A stretch of 56,673 bases of DNA from a virus. Its lineage: Duplodnaviria; Caudoviricetes. Each line of letters begins with the position of its first letter. Positions within the stretch are counted from its first letter, which is position 1. Shown here one piece after another: positions 25,804 to 36,000 of this stretch. The stretch is from the IMG/VR virus record IMGVR_UViG_3300036851_000348, positions 1 through 56,673 of that record; one strand, given 5' to 3'. The translations under genes were made by a program, and so were the position numbers. The notes beneath the pieces are model-generated. The model saw nothing but the letters and a program-made list of their open reading frames with translations, did no database searches and was not told where the DNA came from.

Positions 25804-27774
25804 GTGACCCAGACGATCTATTCGACCTCGACCTCGACGACGTTCACCGTCCCGGACGGCGTCAGCTCGATCACCATCAAGGCGTGGGGCGCCGGCGCTG
25901 GTGGCGGCGGCTCGACGCTCGGCGGGGCTGGTGGCGGCGGCGGGTTCGCCAGTGCGCTCGTCACCGTCACCTCGGGCCAGGTCCTCAACATCCTGGTCGG
26001 CGGCGGCGGCGCCGGCGGCGACGTCGTCGGCACCAGCGTCGGGTCGTCGGGTCGCGTCGGCGGCGGCTCGACCGGCGTCTCGGCCGGGGGCGGCGAGGGC
26101 GGCACCGGCGTCGACGCCGCGGCAGGCGGCGGCGGCGGCGGCGGCTATTCGGCCGTCCATCGCTCGACCACCGATTGGCTGGTCATCGCCGGCGGTGGTG
26201 GTGGTGGCGGCGGGCGCGGCAACACCACGTCGGGCAGCGCCGGGGGCGCCGGCGGCGGCGGTGCCGGCGTGGCGGGCTCGTCCGCGGCGGCCCTCACCGG
26301 CGGCGGCTTCGGCTCGACCACGGCGGGCGGCGCGGTCGGCTCGGGCACGGCGACCGGCTCGTCGGGCACGCAATTCGGCGGCGGCGGCGCCGGCAAGGAC
26401 GCGACCGGCGACGATACGGGCGGCGGCGGCGGCGGCGGCGGGGGTTACTGGGGCGGTGGCGGCGGCGGCGCCAATAGCCTCGGCGACACGGCCGGCTCGG
26501 GCGGCGGCGGCGGATCGGGCTTTCTGACCTCGTCGGCGTCCGCCCTCAGCGTCGCGGCGGGCTCGGGCATCAACCCGGGCTCGACGGCCGACGCCGATTA
26601 CGCCTCGCCGGCTGGCCGCGGCGGCCTCGCCAATGCCGTCGGCAACGCTGGACGCATCGTCCTCGACTACACCGCCGCTGCGGGCGGCGTCCTCGCCGGC
26701 TCGGCCCTTGTCACGTTCGTCCCCGCAGCGGGGATTTCCGCGGCCGCGAGCATCGGCGGCACGGCCACCGTCACGTTTTCGCCCGCGGCGGGGATCACCG
26801 CGACCGCGAGCATCGGCGGCGCGGCGACGGTTACGTTCTCGCCCATCGCCGCGCTCGAAACGTTCTACGCCATCTCGGGCGCGGCGACCGTCACGTTCGC
26901 TCCGGCGGCCGGAATATCCGCAACCGCCCGCATTGGCGGCGCGGCCACCGTCACGTTCAGCCCGGCCGCGGGCATTTCGGCGGATGCGCGGATCGGCGGC
27001 GCTGCAACCGTCTCGTTCGAGCCCGACGGCGCGCTCGAGGACATCACCCCGCCGCCGGGCGCGATCGACGGCAGCGCCACGCTCACGTTCACGCCGGCGG
27101 CCGGGATCAGCGCGACCGCTTCGATCGGCGGCGCTGCGACACTCACGTTCAGCCAATGTGTAGTCTCCGAGACCGGCTGGACGTTCCCCGGTTTCGCCGA
27201 CGACTACGACGACAACGGCGGCGTGTTGTGGGTCGCCAACGGCAACTTCCTCGCCGATGACGGCCTCGAGACGCGCGTCACCCTGACCGCCGCCTCGACC
27301 GCGTCGCAGCTCAACTACGCGCGATTGTTCGGTTTCGCCGTTCCGTCGGCCGCCACGGTGCTCGGCGTCAGCGCCCGCCTCGAACGCCGCATCGCCGCCG
27401 GCAACGCCGTCGACCGCCGCATCGTCCTCTTCGACAACACCGGCGCGCCCAACGGCAACAACGAGGCCGACTCGGCCTTGCGTTGGCCGGCGGTCGCGAC
27501 GCCGCGCGACTATGGCGGCGGCGGGTATCTCTGGGGCTCTACGGCGTGGACGCCGGCGGTCGTCAACTCGTCGGACTTCGGAATCGGCATCAGCGCGCTC
27601 TATGCCAACTCATCGACCAATACGAGCGCGCGCGCCGACTACGTCCAGCTCAACGTGACTCACGAGCAATGCTACCCCGGCGTTCTGACCGACGCCTCGG
27701 CCGCCGCCGCCCTCACCAAGTTCGTCTACCGCGGCAGAACCCGCCGCCTCCGCGCCAAGAAGCAAACCGTGTAG
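25804..27774 (+). CDS. Glycine-rich fibre/spike protein with internal 20-aa repeats
   Basis: TFTVPDGVSSITIKAWGAGAGG Gly-rich domain, then a repeat stalk, then a C-terminal FGF.VP..A.V.G ... LWG..WT...VN lectin-like head. Confidence 0.75.
   Translation: MTQTIYSTSTSTTFTVPDGVSSITIKAWGAGAGGGGSTLGGAGGGGGFASALVTVTSGQVLNILVGGGGAGGDVVGTSVGSSGRVGGGSTGVSAGGGEGGTGVDAAAGGGGGGGYSAVHRSTTDWLVIAGGGGGGGGRGNTTSGSAGGAGGGGAGVAGSSAAALTGGGFGSTTAGGAVGSGTATGSSGTQFGGGGAGKDATGDDTGGGGGGGGGYWGGGGGGANSLGDTAGSGGGGGSGFLTSSASALSVAAGSGINPGSTADADYASPAGRGGLANAVGNAGRIVLDYTAAAGGVLAGSALVTFVPAAGISAAASIGGTATVTFSPAAGITATASIGGAATVTFSPIAALETFYAISGAATVTFAPAAGISATARIGGAATVTFSPAAGISADARIGGAATVSFEPDGALEDITPPPGAIDGSATLTFTPAAGISATASIGGAATLTFSQCVVSETGWTFPGFADDYDDNGGVLWVANGNFLADDGLETRVTLTAASTASQLNYARLFGFAVPSAATVLGVSARLERRIAAGNAVDRRIVLFDNTGAPNGNNEADSALRWPAVATPRDYGGGGYLWGSTAWTPAVVNSSDFGIGISALYANSSTNTSARADYVQLNVTHEQCYPGVLTDASAAAALTKFVYRGRTRRLRAKKQTV
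26698..27153 (+). repeat. About 8 tandem 60-nt / 20-aa repeats (GAATVTFSPAAGISATASIG)
   Basis: Seen in the translation of 25804-27774. Confidence 0.85.
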
Positions 27775-27783
27775 GTAACCCCC

Positions 27784-28125
27784 ATGTCCCTCCTCTACCT
27801 CTCGCTGTTCCACGCGCTCAGGAACTCGACCGCGCCCGCGTTCCAATCGACCGCGTCCGATACTGCGGTCTTGCTGGCGCTGGAATCCACCAGCTTGCGC
27901 GAGTGGCAGTTCGCGACCTCGCGGGCCGTCCGCCTGGCCGAGAAAACGGGCGCCGACTACTACGTCAAATTCGGCACGTCGGACGTGGTCGCGGCGTCGA
28001 CCAACTCGATGCTGATCCTCGGCGGCACCGTCGAGGCGCACCGGGTCGACACCGGGCAGACCCACATCTCGCTCTACTCGTCGACCGACGTCACCGTGAA
28101 CATCTGTTTGGGAACTGGACAATAG
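27784..28125 (+). CDS. Small Ser/Thr-rich virion surface protein
   Basis: Beta-rich; YVKFG..V.AST motif. Confidence 0.5.
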   Translation: MSLLYLSLFHALRNSTAPAFQSTASDTAVLLALESTSLREWQFATSRAVRLAEKTGADYYVKFGTSDVVAASTNSMLILGGTVEAHRVDTGQTHISLYSSTDVTVNICLGTGQ

Positions 28126-28127
28126 CC

Positions 28128-28649
28128 ATGCCCGCACGCGGAATGACAAGCAACCTCCCGGCCTCGGTGCTGATCGCGATCGCGAAAGACCCGGACGGCT
28201 ACGAGAAGAAGCTCGCCGAGTTCGACGCGCGGCGCGAGGCCGCCGAGGCGGCGGAGGCGAAGGCCAAGGAGACGGCTGCCGCACTTGCCAACGAACGCGC
28301 CGAGTTCGAGGCGTGGCGCACCGAGGAAACCGCGCACATCAACGGATGGATGTTCGCCAACAAAGGCGAGGCGCGGAAGCTCGCCGAGGCGAACGCCGAC
28401 TTGGTGAACCGTCAAAACGCCGTCACGGTGCGCGAGCACGACCTCGCCGACCTCTCGACGCAACTGGCCGAGATAAGGCAGGCCCACGAGGTCTGGCGCG
28501 ACAAGCTCAACGCCCAGGCCGAGGCGCTGGCGACGCGCGACCGGAATTCCGCCAACCGCGAAAGCGCCGTCACCGCGCGCGAAACCGCCATCGCCGAGCG
28601 CGAGGCCAAGTTCGAGAACCGGCTGAAGCAATTCAACGCGGGGCTGTGA
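28128..28649 (+). CDS. Coiled-coil protein
   Basis: Heptad E/A/R/K-rich sequence. Confidence 0.6.
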   Translation: MPARGMTSNLPASVLIAIAKDPDGYEKKLAEFDARREAAEAAEAKAKETAAALANERAEFEAWRTEETAHINGWMFANKGEARKLAEANADLVNRQNAVTVREHDLADLSTQLAEIRQAHEVWRDKLNAQAEALATRDRNSANRESAVTARETAIAEREAKFENRLKQFNAGL

Positions 28650-28836
28650 AAGTGGCTCAAGTGCGTATCTATCGGGACGAATGGTGGCCGGTGCCAAGCT
28701 ACGAGCGTGAGCTCGACGGTTACGAGTTCTATGGCCCTATCGTAGAGGTGCCGGACGCAGTGCTGGCGGAATACGACGCCGCCGAGGAACGCTTCAACGC
28801 TGCGGCCAATGCGTTGGCCGACTACGCCGCGGATAA

Positions 28837-29502
28837 ATGATCCACGTCGTCCTGATGGCGGGCGGGCTCGGCACCCGCCTGCATCCCTTGACGCTCCACG
28901 CCCCCAAGCCGCTCCTTAACGTCGGTGGCAAGCCGATCCTGCAAACCATCGTCGAGCGCTTCGCGGCGCAAGGCTTCCGGCGCTTCACGATGGCGGTAAA
29001 CTATAAGCGCGAGCTGATCGAAGGCTATTTCCAGAATGGCACCCGCTTCGGCGTCAAGATTGATTATGTCCGGGAGACCGAGCCCTTGGGCACCGGCGGC
29101 GCGCTGCGTCTCATCAAGCCGCCGACGGGGCCGTTCATCGTGGCGAATGCCGACGTGCTGACCGACCTCAAGTACGGTCCCCTCATGGAGTTCCACGCGC
29201 GCAGCAATTGCCAGGCGACCCTGTGCCTCGCGCTTCATCAGTACCAGTGCCCCTATGGCGTCGCCGAGGCCCAGGACGAGCGATTGGTTAACGTCAGGGA
29301 AAAACCGATATTCTCCTACCCGGTGAACGCCGGCATTTACGTGCTCAACCCTTCGGCGTTAGAAATCGCGCCACACGGACGGTTCGACATGCCCGATCTC
29401 ATAGAGAAGCTCAGGCCCGACGTGGCGGCGTTCGGGATCGAGGATTTCTGGGAAGACGTGGGAAATTTCGAGGCGCTCGAAAGAGCGAGGGCGGGAGCAT
29501 GA
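28837..29502 (+). CDS. Sugar-phosphate nucleotidyltransferase (NTP_transferase)
   Basis: LMAGGLGTRL.PLT...PKPLL.VGGKPIL; E.EPLGTGGAL; VNAGIY; W.DVG. Confidence 0.9.
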   Translation: MIHVVLMAGGLGTRLHPLTLHAPKPLLNVGGKPILQTIVERFAAQGFRRFTMAVNYKRELIEGYFQNGTRFGVKIDYVRETEPLGTGGALRLIKPPTGPFIVANADVLTDLKYGPLMEFHARSNCQATLCLALHQYQCPYGVAEAQDERLVNVREKPIFSYPVNAGIYVLNPSALEIAPHGRFDMPDLIEKLRPDVAAFGIEDFWEDVGNFEALERARAGA

Positions 29503-30174
29503 CGATATACATCCCTATCGAGGCGCTCGGCACCGGCCCGGTGGGCGGCGGCGGTGTGAGCGAATGGCGCGGTGCCTGTGCAAAGTGCCATAGGCCGATG
29601 ACGGCTGGACATGCGTGCGGTGTCAGTCTCGAAACGCTCCGGCGCGCCAAGGCGATCTTCGACGCGCAGCCGATGCCTGATCTGGTGGTCCGAAACTATC
29701 AGGGCCGGACTTGGATCGAGGCCAGCCAACCCGCCCCCGCTGGCTTCGAGGACGAGCCGGCGGAAGATGACGGCGCTACCGGGCAGGACTGCACGGACTT
29801 CTCGACGGCGAGCTACATCATGGACGCGGGCGTTCCCGTCCCGATTGCGACCGCCGCCGAATTCAAGGCCGGCGCCGTTCTCGCCCGCGCCATTTCCCAG
29901 CCGCGCGACTGCGATGGCGGAAGGCTGGCGGAACTGGGGATGGGGGAAGGCGAGTGAAGGACCATTTCGAGCAGATCATCGAGATGAAGGGCCGCATAGC
30001 GGCGGCGCGCGCCGGGACGCAAACGCCGGAAGAGGTGCGCGACATCACCTACGATACCGTGCGGCTTGCGCTCGACAACATGGGGCTGTTCATGGGCGAG
30101 GTCTCGCGCGTCATCCTCAACATGCACGAGCGGATTCAGGAACTCGAAGCGCGCGACGCCGGAGAGACGAGACA

Positions 30175-30795
30175 TTGACAGTCTTGGGCGTGATCCTGGC
30201 AAGAGGCGGCAGTCGCAGAATTCCGAGGAAGAACCTCGCCATGCTGGGCGGCTACCCGCTGATCGTCTGGACCATCATGGCGGGACGGAGCGCCCAGCAC
30301 CTCGACAAGCTTGTGGTCTCGTCCGACGACGTGGAGATCCTCCATGTCGCGCGGCGCTGGGGCGCGGAACCCTTGGTGCGGCCCGGCGAATTCGCGTCCG
30401 ACGAGGCGAAATCGTATCCGGCGATCCTGCATGCGCTCGATAGTCAGCCCAGGCCATTTGACCACGTCTGCCTCCTTCAGCCGACCTCGCCGCTGCGCTC
30501 CGCCTTCGACGTCGATTGCTGCCTGACTGCGGTTCTCGCGATGAACGTGGTCGGCGTGATCCCGGCGGTCGTCAGCGCGCAAGAGAACCGCGACAACCCG
30601 AACGGCGCGATCTATGTCGGACGGGCGGATTGGCTCCGGGATTCGTGGGCGACGTGGCAACCGGGCGCGGCCCTGCCGTTCGACGAGCCGAGCATCCCGC
30701 GCTATTACATGCCGGCGTCGCGCTCGATCGACATCGACACGCCCGAGGATTTCGCCGAGGCGGAGCGGACGATAGAGAGGATCATGGCGGCGTGA
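30175..30795 (+). CDS. Acylneuraminate/nonulosonate cytidylyltransferase (NeuA-like)
   Basis: ILARGGSRRIPRKN..LGG.PLI.WT; VVSSDD; LLQPTSPLR; NGAIY; SIDIDT.EDF. Confidence 0.9.
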   Translation: MTVLGVILARGGSRRIPRKNLAMLGGYPLIVWTIMAGRSAQHLDKLVVSSDDVEILHVARRWGAEPLVRPGEFASDEAKSYPAILHALDSQPRPFDHVCLLQPTSPLRSAFDVDCCLTAVLAMNVVGVIPAVVSAQENRDNPNGAIYVGRADWLRDSWATWQPGAALPFDEPSIPRYYMPASRSIDIDTPEDFAEAERTIERIMAA

Positions 30796-31272
30796 CGAAA
30801 GAAGACATCCGCTGCTGGGACGACACGGTGGAGGTGGTCGAGGTGCGCGGCCCGGTCCATGTCGCGAAGTTTCCCGAGAGCGACAAGCCGTCGAGCCTGC
30901 TGCACTGCAATTTCTGCGGCTCGACGTTCTTCCAGAAGTACGAGGATGGCCTCGTCTGCGTCTGCACGAAGAAGGGCGATGGCCCGCTCATGGTGCTGAA
31001 CGCATGACCTCCAAGGGATCGCCCGCCCCTCCGGGGCCGCTCACCGCGCTCGCCGCCGCCGAGGCCAAGATCCAGGAGCTCGGCCGGGACATTTGCGCCG
31101 AGCTTCCCGGCTTCGCCTTCGCGGTCCTGATCGCGACCCCGGACGGCGGCTACGTCACCAAGGGGACGAACCTCAACGCGCAAGCGCTGGTTTCGCTGCT
31201 TCTCACCCAGGCCAACAACGTGGTGATCGGGGCGGACGCGCCGGCCGGGAAGCTGGCGAAGGGAAGTACGCA

Positions 31273-32229
31273 TTGAACCCCTTCGCGACGCACTACGACC
31301 GCTGCAACACCGGCACCAACGCGGCGAAGCGCGAAACCCTCGCCGACTTCCCGCACCTCGTCGACATCGAGCTGACGAACGCCTGCAACTTCCGCTGCCT
31401 GATGTGCCCGACGGGAAACCTTTCGCTGAAGCGGCCGGCCGGCTTCATGGCCGCCGCGACGTTCGCCCGCATCGTCGACCAGTGCGCGCCCCACACGACG
31501 GCGCTCCGCTTCATCGGCTGGGGCGAGCCGCTGCTGCATCCCGAGCTGGTGCAATTCGTCTGGGACGCCGACGCGGCGTGCTTGCCGACCCACATCAACA
31601 CGAACGGCTCGAAGCTGACCCAGGATATGGCGCGAAGCCTGATCTTGGCCGGGCTGTCCTCGATCAAGTTCAGCTTCCAGGGCGTCGACCGCGCGAGCTA
31701 CCGCGCGATGCGGAACGTTGATTTCTTCGAGCCGCTCCTCGCCGTCATCCGCATGGTGCACGAGATGCGCGGCTCGCGCCTGCGTCCGTTCATCCAGGTG
31801 TCGACCACGACGACCGACGAGACGCCGGAGGAAATCGAGTTCTTCAAGCGGCGCGTCGCGCCCTACGCCGACCACGTCACCGTCGGGCAAACCGTCTTCG
31901 GCCACATGGACCTGGGCGCGGCGCGGCTCTCGGCGGTCGACAAGGCGCGCTTGGTTAAGTTCGCCAAGGCCGAGGACGCGACGAAGCTCCGCCACCCCGA
32001 GCCGTGCCCCGAGGTCAACGACAAGCTCACGATCCAATGGGACGGGAGCGTCCGGGTGTGCTGCAACGATTTCGAAGGCGTGACCGATCTCGGGAACGTC
32101 AACGATCGCCCGCTGGCGGACATCTGGCGGGCGGAAGTCATCGAGGCCTACCGCGAGCGGCTCGCGCGCGACGAATACTCGGGCCCGCTGTGCGGGACGT
32201 GTTTCCACTACATGGAAGGCACGGCGTGA
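31273..32229 (+). CDS. Radical SAM/SPASM (twitch) protein
   Basis: IELTNACNFRCLMC (CX3CX2C); GEPLLHP; TNG; C..I.WDG.V..CC.D..LGN..IW..C..C. Confidence 0.9.
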   Translation: MNPFATHYDRCNTGTNAAKRETLADFPHLVDIELTNACNFRCLMCPTGNLSLKRPAGFMAAATFARIVDQCAPHTTALRFIGWGEPLLHPELVQFVWDADAACLPTHINTNGSKLTQDMARSLILAGLSSIKFSFQGVDRASYRAMRNVDFFEPLLAVIRMVHEMRGSRLRPFIQVSTTTTDETPEEIEFFKRRVAPYADHVTVGQTVFGHMDLGAARLSAVDKARLVKFAKAEDATKLRHPEPCPEVNDKLTIQWDGSVRVCCNDFEGVTDLGNVNDRPLADIWRAEVIEAYRERLARDEYSGPLCGTCFHYMEGTA

Positions 32230-32386
32230 GCCAGCGAGACGAACCCGGTTGCTTCCCGGTTCTCGTCGGGCTGTTGGCAATGGCGGGCGTGATCTTTGCC
32301 GTCTATCTCGTCATGACCGAACTGGCCGCCCTGCACCAAAACTGCACACAGGTCCCGGCGTGCGCGGCTGAACTGGCAAAAGCGCG

Positions 32387-33634
32387 ATGACCTACCCGCC
32401 GCTGTGGCCCGCTTCCGTCGAATCCCGCGTCCGCGCCGAGGCCCGCAACCTCGACCCCCAGGAGCGCCCCGACCATGTGCAGTTCTGTACCCGCTGCGTC
32501 ATATCCAATCAGCGGCCGCGGATTGTGTTCGACGCCGAGGGAATCTGCTCCGCCTGCCGGCTCGCCGAACAGCGGCCAGACATCGATTGGGAAGTACGTG
32601 AGGGGAAACTACGCACTCTTCTCGGCAAACACCGCAGGCCCTTGGGCTACGATGTCATCGTCCCGTGCAGCGGAGGAAAGGATTCGGCCACCGTCGCGCA
32701 CCGGCTGAAGCACGAGTTCGGGATGCGCCCGCTGTGCGTCAAGTTCGCGCCCTTCATCTACACCGGCATCGGCCGCAAGAACTGGGAGCGCTTCGCCCAC
32801 GCCGGGTTCGACTGCGAGGAGTTTTTCCCGAACGGCCTCCTGCACCGGCGACTGGCGCGTCTTGCGTTCGAGTATTTGGGCGACCCGTTCCAGCCGTTCG
32901 TCTACGGCCAGCTCGCCTATCCGGTGCAGGCCGCGGTGCGCGAGGGCGTGAAGCTGATATTCGGCGCGGAAAATGGCGAGGGGACGTATGGAGGCGATAC
33001 CTCTGCCAACGACAAGCCGTGCTGGGACTTCAAGGACTGGGACCGGATTTACCTCAAGGGCATGGGCATCACGCGGCTGCTACACTTGGGGAAGGACGCG
33101 GGTGCCTTCACCGAGGAGGACGCGCGCGGCTTGGCCGAGGCCTACCGCCTGCCGCCGCCCGAGAAGCTCACCGGCCTCGCCTACCACTGGTTCGCCCACT
33201 ACAAGGACCACCACCCGCAGGCGAATTACTACTACGCGGCCGAGCATACCGGCTTCGAGACCAACGACGAAAGATCGGAAGGCACCTACTCGAAGTACGC
33301 GAGCCTCGACGACAAGCTCGACGGGCTCCACTACTACATGGGGTTCATCAAGTTCGGGATCGGTAGAGCGACCTCGGACGCGGCGCACGAGATCAGGGAC
33401 GGCGAGATCACGCGCGACGAGGGGATCGCGCTGGTCGACCGCTTCGACGGCGAGTTCCCCAAGAAGCATTTCTCCGAGTGCCTCGACTATCTCGGGCTGG
33501 ACGAGCCGCAGTTCTGGAAAGTGGTGGACCGCTATCGCTCCAAGGCGGTGTGGTCGCCCAACGGGCAGGTGATCGGGAAAGAGAAGTTTTCCGACCCGCG
33601 GCTGTGGACGCTGCGCTACAAGGTGGCGGCATGA
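32387..33634 (+). CDS. N-acetyl sugar amidotransferase (WbuX/PseA/PtmG-like)
   Basis: FC.RCV.SNQRPRI.FD.EGIC.AC; SGGKDS PP-loop; KFGIGRAT.DA..EIR.G.ITRDE. Confidence 0.9.
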   Translation: MTYPPLWPASVESRVRAEARNLDPQERPDHVQFCTRCVISNQRPRIVFDAEGICSACRLAEQRPDIDWEVREGKLRTLLGKHRRPLGYDVIVPCSGGKDSATVAHRLKHEFGMRPLCVKFAPFIYTGIGRKNWERFAHAGFDCEEFFPNGLLHRRLARLAFEYLGDPFQPFVYGQLAYPVQAAVREGVKLIFGAENGEGTYGGDTSANDKPCWDFKDWDRIYLKGMGITRLLHLGKDAGAFTEEDARGLAEAYRLPPPEKLTGLAYHWFAHYKDHHPQANYYYAAEHTGFETNDERSEGTYSKYASLDDKLDGLHYYMGFIKFGIGRATSDAAHEIRDGEITRDEGIALVDRFDGEFPKKHFSECLDYLGLDEPQFWKVVDRYRSKAVWSPNGQVIGKEKFSDPRLWTLRYKVAA

Positions 33635-33692
33635 CCGACGTCCTTCTGTTCCGCCTGTGGCTCCGCCACGTCGTCCGCGAGGTGAGGGGAAT

Positions 33693-33806
33693 ATGGCGAA
33701 GCGCGTGAAGCGGAAGCCGAAGCGCAAGTCCAAGCCGTCGCGCAAGCAGATCGACGCGGCGCTCCGGTTTCAGGCGCCGCTCGGGCCGAAGCCCGGCCGC
33801 TCGTGA
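33693..33806 (+). CDS. 37-aa basic peptide (MAKRVKRKPKRKSKPSRKQ...)
   Basis: GAGGGGA RBS; read manually. Confidence 0.4.
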   Translation: MAKRVKRKPKRKSKPSRKQIDAALRFQAPLGPKPGRS

Positions 33807-34091
33807 AGCGCGCCATCCTGGAGGCGGGTATTCCGGTGCGGCTGTGACGTTCGGCCTATTCCGCAAGCGGCCGGCAGCGGCGAAATGCTTCGGCCCGAAA
33901 GACTTCGTCCGGCACGAAGGCTGGAAGGGGCGGGGCGTCCTCGCGAAATTCGACGATTTGCACGGACTTGACATCTTGGTCGCGGACACAACGCCCGAGC
34001 ACAACGCCGACAACTTCGAGAAAACTTGGCACACCGACGCCGATGAAGTTCTGTTCCGGCGTGACAAGCGCATCATGCTCTACTGGCGGAA

Positions 34092-34952
34092 GTGACCCTC
34101 GAAAACCGCCTCGTCTCGGCCGCGCGGAGCGCGTGGTACGGAACCTACGAGCCGCTGCGCCTCGCCTGGGAGCGCTGCCGCTGCCGACGCGTGCTCGACA
34201 TCGACTGCAAGTCGCCCGGCCTCGCCGAGTGGTTCTGGACGGGGCACCGCAACCCGCTGGTGACGGTCTACATCCCGACCTACAACCGCTTCGAGATCCT
34301 GACCACGCGCGCCCTGCCCTCGGTGATGGGCCAGACCTACACGAATCTAGAGATCATCGTCGCGGATCATTCGTCGCCGGACGAGACCGGGAAGCGGGTG
34401 GCGGCGCTGGGGGACGGCCGGGTGCGCGCGCTCGACGTTCCGCGCAGGCGCCGCTACCCGCCCACGGCGGAGAACCATTGGCTGTGCGGGCCGGTCGACC
34501 CGGCCAATGCCGCTCTCCGGGCGGCGCGCGGCGCCTGGATAGCGAGAATCGACGACGACGACGAATGGACGCGGGATCACGTCGAGAAGCTGCTCAGGTC
34601 GGCACAGCGCAACAACCTCGAATTCATATCGAGCCACTACAAGCGCCAGTGGGCGGATGGTGCGGAGATCATCGGCCCGGACCGGGACATCGGCGGCACG
34701 CAGACCTGGCTCTACCGCAGTTACCTCAAGTTCATGCGCTACAACATCGACTGCTGGCGCAAGTCGCACGATCGCGTCAACGACATGGACCTCGCCGAGC
34801 GCTTTCGCAGAGCGGGAGTCCGCATCGGCTACCTCGACGACGTGACGTGCACCGTCTTTCCCCGCCCCGGCGAGAAGTTCGTCGGCTCCAAGGCGTATCT
34901 CGCCGACACGGCGAAGACGGAAGCGGCTTACTCTTTCGACGGTACGCCATGA
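34092..34952 (+). CDS. Glycosyltransferase family 2
   Basis: PLVTVYIPTYNR..AL.SV..QTY.NLEIIV.D..S.D.T; ARG.WIARIDDDD.W. Confidence 0.9.
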   Translation: MTLENRLVSAARSAWYGTYEPLRLAWERCRCRRVLDIDCKSPGLAEWFWTGHRNPLVTVYIPTYNRFEILTTRALPSVMGQTYTNLEIIVADHSSPDETGKRVAALGDGRVRALDVPRRRRYPPTAENHWLCGPVDPANAALRAARGAWIARIDDDDEWTRDHVEKLLRSAQRNNLEFISSHYKRQWADGAEIIGPDRDIGGTQTWLYRSYLKFMRYNIDCWRKSHDRVNDMDLAERFRRAGVRIGYLDDVTCTVFPRPGEKFVGSKAYLADTAKTEAAYSFDGTP

Positions 34953-35499
34953 AATTCACCTTCGTCGCGCTGCTTCTGCCGCAGGGCAGCGGCGACACGG
35001 ACGCAGCTAAACGCGCACTGCAGGAGGCGCTGGCCCGAGCCGGCATTCCCGGCTGGTCGGGCGGCATCGGCGCGACCATCGCCGACATTCCCGAAGGCTT
35101 CGGCTACGTCGCCAAAGCCGTGACCGACGCCTCGGGCGAGATCATGGCCCTCATCGAACAAGACGGCTGGCCGCGCCTGCCGCAGTAAACCCAAAGGGCA
35201 ACGGCTCGCTTCTGATGGCCGCCATCCCGTTCTGCCGAGCGCACTCGACTGAGCCGCTCGTCAGCATCAAGCGCCTGAGCAAAGTCGAAGTGGGCGACGT
35301 GTCGCGCGGCAGGTTTCGCGCCGTCTGGGCGTGCGGCTGCGCCCTCGAATTCACGCTCCGCGTCGAATGGGACGACGTTCTGCCCGAGCAGCGCCCCGCA
35401 CTCGAAGAACTATTTGCGCCTCAAGCGCACTGAAATCCCCCGGCGCGGGGCTTCGCGCCAACCCTCAGCAACCAGCACTAAGCAAAGGAACCAAGTGTC

Positions 35500-35994
35500 A
35501 TGGCCCTCTTCACCATGGGCAAGTCCATCCTCGGCCGCCGCCTCGGCCTGTCGTCCTCGGGCGGGCTCCTCCTTCAGAACACCACTGCGCCCTCGACCGG
35601 CTTCGACATCGTGGCGCTGACCCGCGACTCGACCGGCGCGGTGATCGGCCCGCACGACGAGCCGGTCGTCACCACGACCTCGACCGGAGGCGCGACCTTG
35701 ACCTTCGGCGGCGTCGTCGCGCTCAACTCCTCGGCGGTGAACCCGTCGTTCACCATCACCGCGCCGACCGCCGGACGCGGCATGGAGTTCTATTTCATCT
35801 CGACGGTCTCGACGACGATCAGCTTCGGCGGCACCTCGACGTCGCAGGTGTTCCAGAAGCTCGGCGGCGTTTCCGCCGGCGCCACCATCATCACCTTCGA
35901 CAACGCGGCGCCGTCCGGCAACTCGTTCGTGCTGCGCGGCCTGTCGGCGACCAAGTTCGGCTTCCTGCCCGGCTCGACGGCGGCGTGGACCTGA
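35500..35994 (+). CDS. Ser/Thr-rich virion surface protein
   Basis: AAAGGA RBS; beta-rich; T.TAP..G ... fibre/decoration-like. Confidence 0.55.
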   Translation: MALFTMGKSILGRRLGLSSSGGLLLQNTTAPSTGFDIVALTRDSTGAVIGPHDEPVVTTTSTGGATLTFGGVVALNSSAVNPSFTITAPTAGRGMEFYFISTVSTTISFGGTSTSQVFQKLGGVSAGATIITFDNAAPSGNSFVLRGLSATKFGFLPGSTAAWT

Positions 35995-36000
35995 CCGGCC

